Part shown: piece by piece, positions 62,248 through 64,000 of the stretch
How the letters are laid out: each line of letters opens with the position of its first letter
Numbering within the stretch: position 1 is the first letter of the stretch
DNA from: an uncultured delta proteobacterium
GTDB lineage: Bacteria; Myxococcota_A; Polyangia; Polyangiales; Polyangiaceae
Length of the DNA stretch: 64,000 nt
NCBI GenBank assembly: GCA_963696385.1
Contig: CAVOKF010000006.1
Location: 1-64,000, forward strand
Direction of reading: 5' to 3'
Program-made: the position numbers and the translations under genes
The notes under the pieces: generated by a model
The model's input: the letters and a program-made list of their open reading frames with translations, nothing else
Databases searched by the model: none
Told to the model about the DNA's origin: nothing

Positions 62248-63174
62248 TCAAAAGGAGTCTGGATGGGCGCCCGCACGCTCGATCTCGGCGAGGCATGCGA
62301 GCGTCTCGAGCGCGTCGAGGGTGTCCTTCAGTGTCGGGATCGCTCCTAGCGCGCGGGAAAAGCCGCCGTCGTCGGTCTGGCAACCGGAAATGTAGCGGCG
62401 AATGCGGTCGCAATCGGTCGGCCGACGGCCGAATCGCTGAAACAGACGCGTGCCCGCACGCTGCACCTCGATGCTGGTCGACGTGGCCTCGGGCGTCACG
62501 TTGAAGCCCCACGGTTCGCCCTCGCACCGCGATGCGTAGACGCAAACCTCGCTAGCGATGCCGACGCCGAGCGCGTCGGCCAGTTCGACCGCGATGGCCG
62601 TGTCGACGAGGTTGGGCCCCGGAGAGCCGAATCCGCCGCCGGTGCACGGCAGTGCGCACAGCCATCTCGCGAGCGCATCGCGGATCGCGAGGTCAAGAGC
62701 GCCGCCCCACGTCTGCAGCACTTCGACCGACCGCCAGATGTCGAGCAATGTCGCGGCAGTGGGGGACGCGGTCGAGAGAGCTGGCGCGCGCGAATCTGGC
62801 TCGCTGGCCGGCGGGCCGAGGTCTCTGGCGATGCGGTCGAGAAAACGGTCGGGGCCCCGGCGCGGCGGGGCACCCACAAGGCGGAGGGCGGAGAGCGTAG
62901 CCCAGCCAATGACGAGGGTTGAGTAGTCGCCGGAGCCGTGTTGCTGCGCCTGAAGCCAGGTCGCGCATCGCTCGCGATCAGGAACGTCGGCGCCGAGCCA
63001 TCGAAGAGCGGCGATCGCAAAATAGGTGTCCGGAGCGTTCGGTTCTTCCACGCCCCATGCCCTGTAGAAACAAAACCCTCCGTCGGGCGTCTGTCGACCC
63101 AGCGTGTATCGACAGGCGCGGTCTGCCATTGCCGTGTCCCAGGGGCGAACGACCGCGACCCCCTTTGTGTTCAT
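62248..63174 (-). CDS. Prenyltransferase/squalene-oxidase repeat protein
   Basis: RQTPDGGF, GGGFG, CQTDDGGF repeats. Confidence 0.8.
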   Translation of the reverse strand: MNTKGVAVVRPWDTAMADRACRYTLGRQTPDGGFCFYRAWGVEEPNAPDTYFAIAALRWLGADVPDRERCATWLQAQQHGSGDYSTLVIGWATLSALRLVGAPPRRGPDRFLDRIARDLGPPASEPDSRAPALSTASPTAATLLDIWRSVEVLQTWGGALDLAIRDALARWLCALPCTGGGFGSPGPNLVDTAIAVELADALGVGIASEVCVYASRCEGEPWGFNVTPEATSTSIEVQRAGTRLFQRFGRRPTDCDRIRRYISGCQTDDGGFSRALGAIPTLKDTLDALETLACLAEIERAGAHPDSF

Positions 63175-63992
63175 GGGGCCTCCCTTCGGGCTCGTGCGAG
63201 ACGCCAGGCGAGCGCTCGAGCGCGCCAGGTTCCCGCTGCACGAAGTGCCGGGACGGCTCGAAGGCCGAGTGCGGTGATGGAGTCTTTCACCACCTGCCGC
63301 ACGCGGCGATCGCGGTCGGCAAACATTGCCGAGAGCTGTGCGGCGCCCGCCTCGCCGTACGCGGCCAGGGCTGTCGCGACCCGCTGTCGAACTTGCGGAT
63401 GCGGATCGTCCCGGAACGCTGTGATCGCGGCTACCGCCGTCGCGTCGTGAAGTCGCTCGAGAGTGGAGGCCGCAAGGAGCCGTGCGGGCGCGTCGTTGTC
63501 CTTGGCGATCGCAGCGAGAGCGTCGATGACAACGGCTCCGCCGATGCGTCCGAGCGCGTCAATCGATCGCCGCCGCCGACGGCGATCGTTCGGGTCGGCC
63601 TTGGGGTCGATGGCGAGGGCGTGCTGGAGGGCTGGGATCGCCGGGCCGCCGACCTTGGCGAGAGCCTCCTCCGCATTGTCGGCCTGCCACCACGCTCTTG
63701 ACCCGAGCGCGTTGACGAGGACGGCGATGGCTCGTTCATCCAGGCGCCCGCGGCCACAGAGCGCGAGGGCGGCGGCTTGCTGCACGTCCGAAGAGCGGTC
63801 GTCGAGCGCCCGGTGCAGCACGTGCTTGTCGTTTTCAAGCTCTGCGAGCAGTGTAACGGCGGCCGCCCGACCCCACGCGCGATCGGCCCGCTCGTTCTCG
63901 GTCCCTCCCGACACGGCAGCGCGATCGAGGTGGGGACATACGAGATCGCTGGCAAAGCGGCGAAGAGCGTCGGACGCCGTTCGGCCGGTCAC
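63171..63992 (-). CDS. HEAT/PBS-lyase repeat protein
   Basis: ALDDRSSDVQQAAALAL, DDPHPQVRQRVATAL repeats. Confidence 0.85.
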   Translation of the reverse strand: MTGRTASDALRRFASDLVCPHLDRAAVSGGTENERADRAWGRAAAVTLLAELENDKHVLHRALDDRSSDVQQAAALALCGRGRLDERAIAVLVNALGSRAWWQADNAEEALAKVGGPAIPALQHALAIDPKADPNDRRRRRRSIDALGRIGGAVVIDALAAIAKDNDAPARLLAASTLERLHDATAVAAITAFRDDPHPQVRQRVATALAAYGEAGAAQLSAMFADRDRRVRQVVKDSITALGLRAVPALRAAGTWRARALAWRLARARREAP

Positions 63993-64000
63993 GTCCGAGT

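Overview
High-GC bacterial DNA, most likely Myxococcota (MYXO-CTERM-like tail, Cys-rich lipoproteins). The window is a heavily rearranged accessory region full of mobile elements and gene fragments; ilvD near the right end is the only clear housekeeping gene. (1) An unannotated ~111-bp repeat 'R' (GCGA(G/A)TAG...CCGATTTGG, no terminal inverted repeats or target duplication) occurs in 11 whole or partial copies plus an isolated right tip, 9 of them on the + strand, and several copies end exactly at gene breakpoints. (2) One R copy (18170-24197) is invaded at two exact positions: by a group II intron that carries a second intron in its domain V, and by an IS110/IS1111 element whose downstream non-coding region has a loop complementary to the R target. 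(3) A candidate defence island (5997-12574) encodes a Shedu/DUF4263-like nuclease, a Dam-type methylase, a three-gene operon with a duplicated winged-helix-like domain, an HTH protein and a Cre-like tyrosine recombinase. (4) A metal-efflux operon has its RcnR/CsoR repressor split by an IS3, next to a yybP-ykoY riboswitch. (5) Also present are an IS630 with four copies of a related 94-bp MITE, IS1634, IS66/DUF4338 and rve remnants, several toxin-antitoxin pairs and two secreted glycoside hydrolases. Family calls come from motif recognition by eye; no searches were run.
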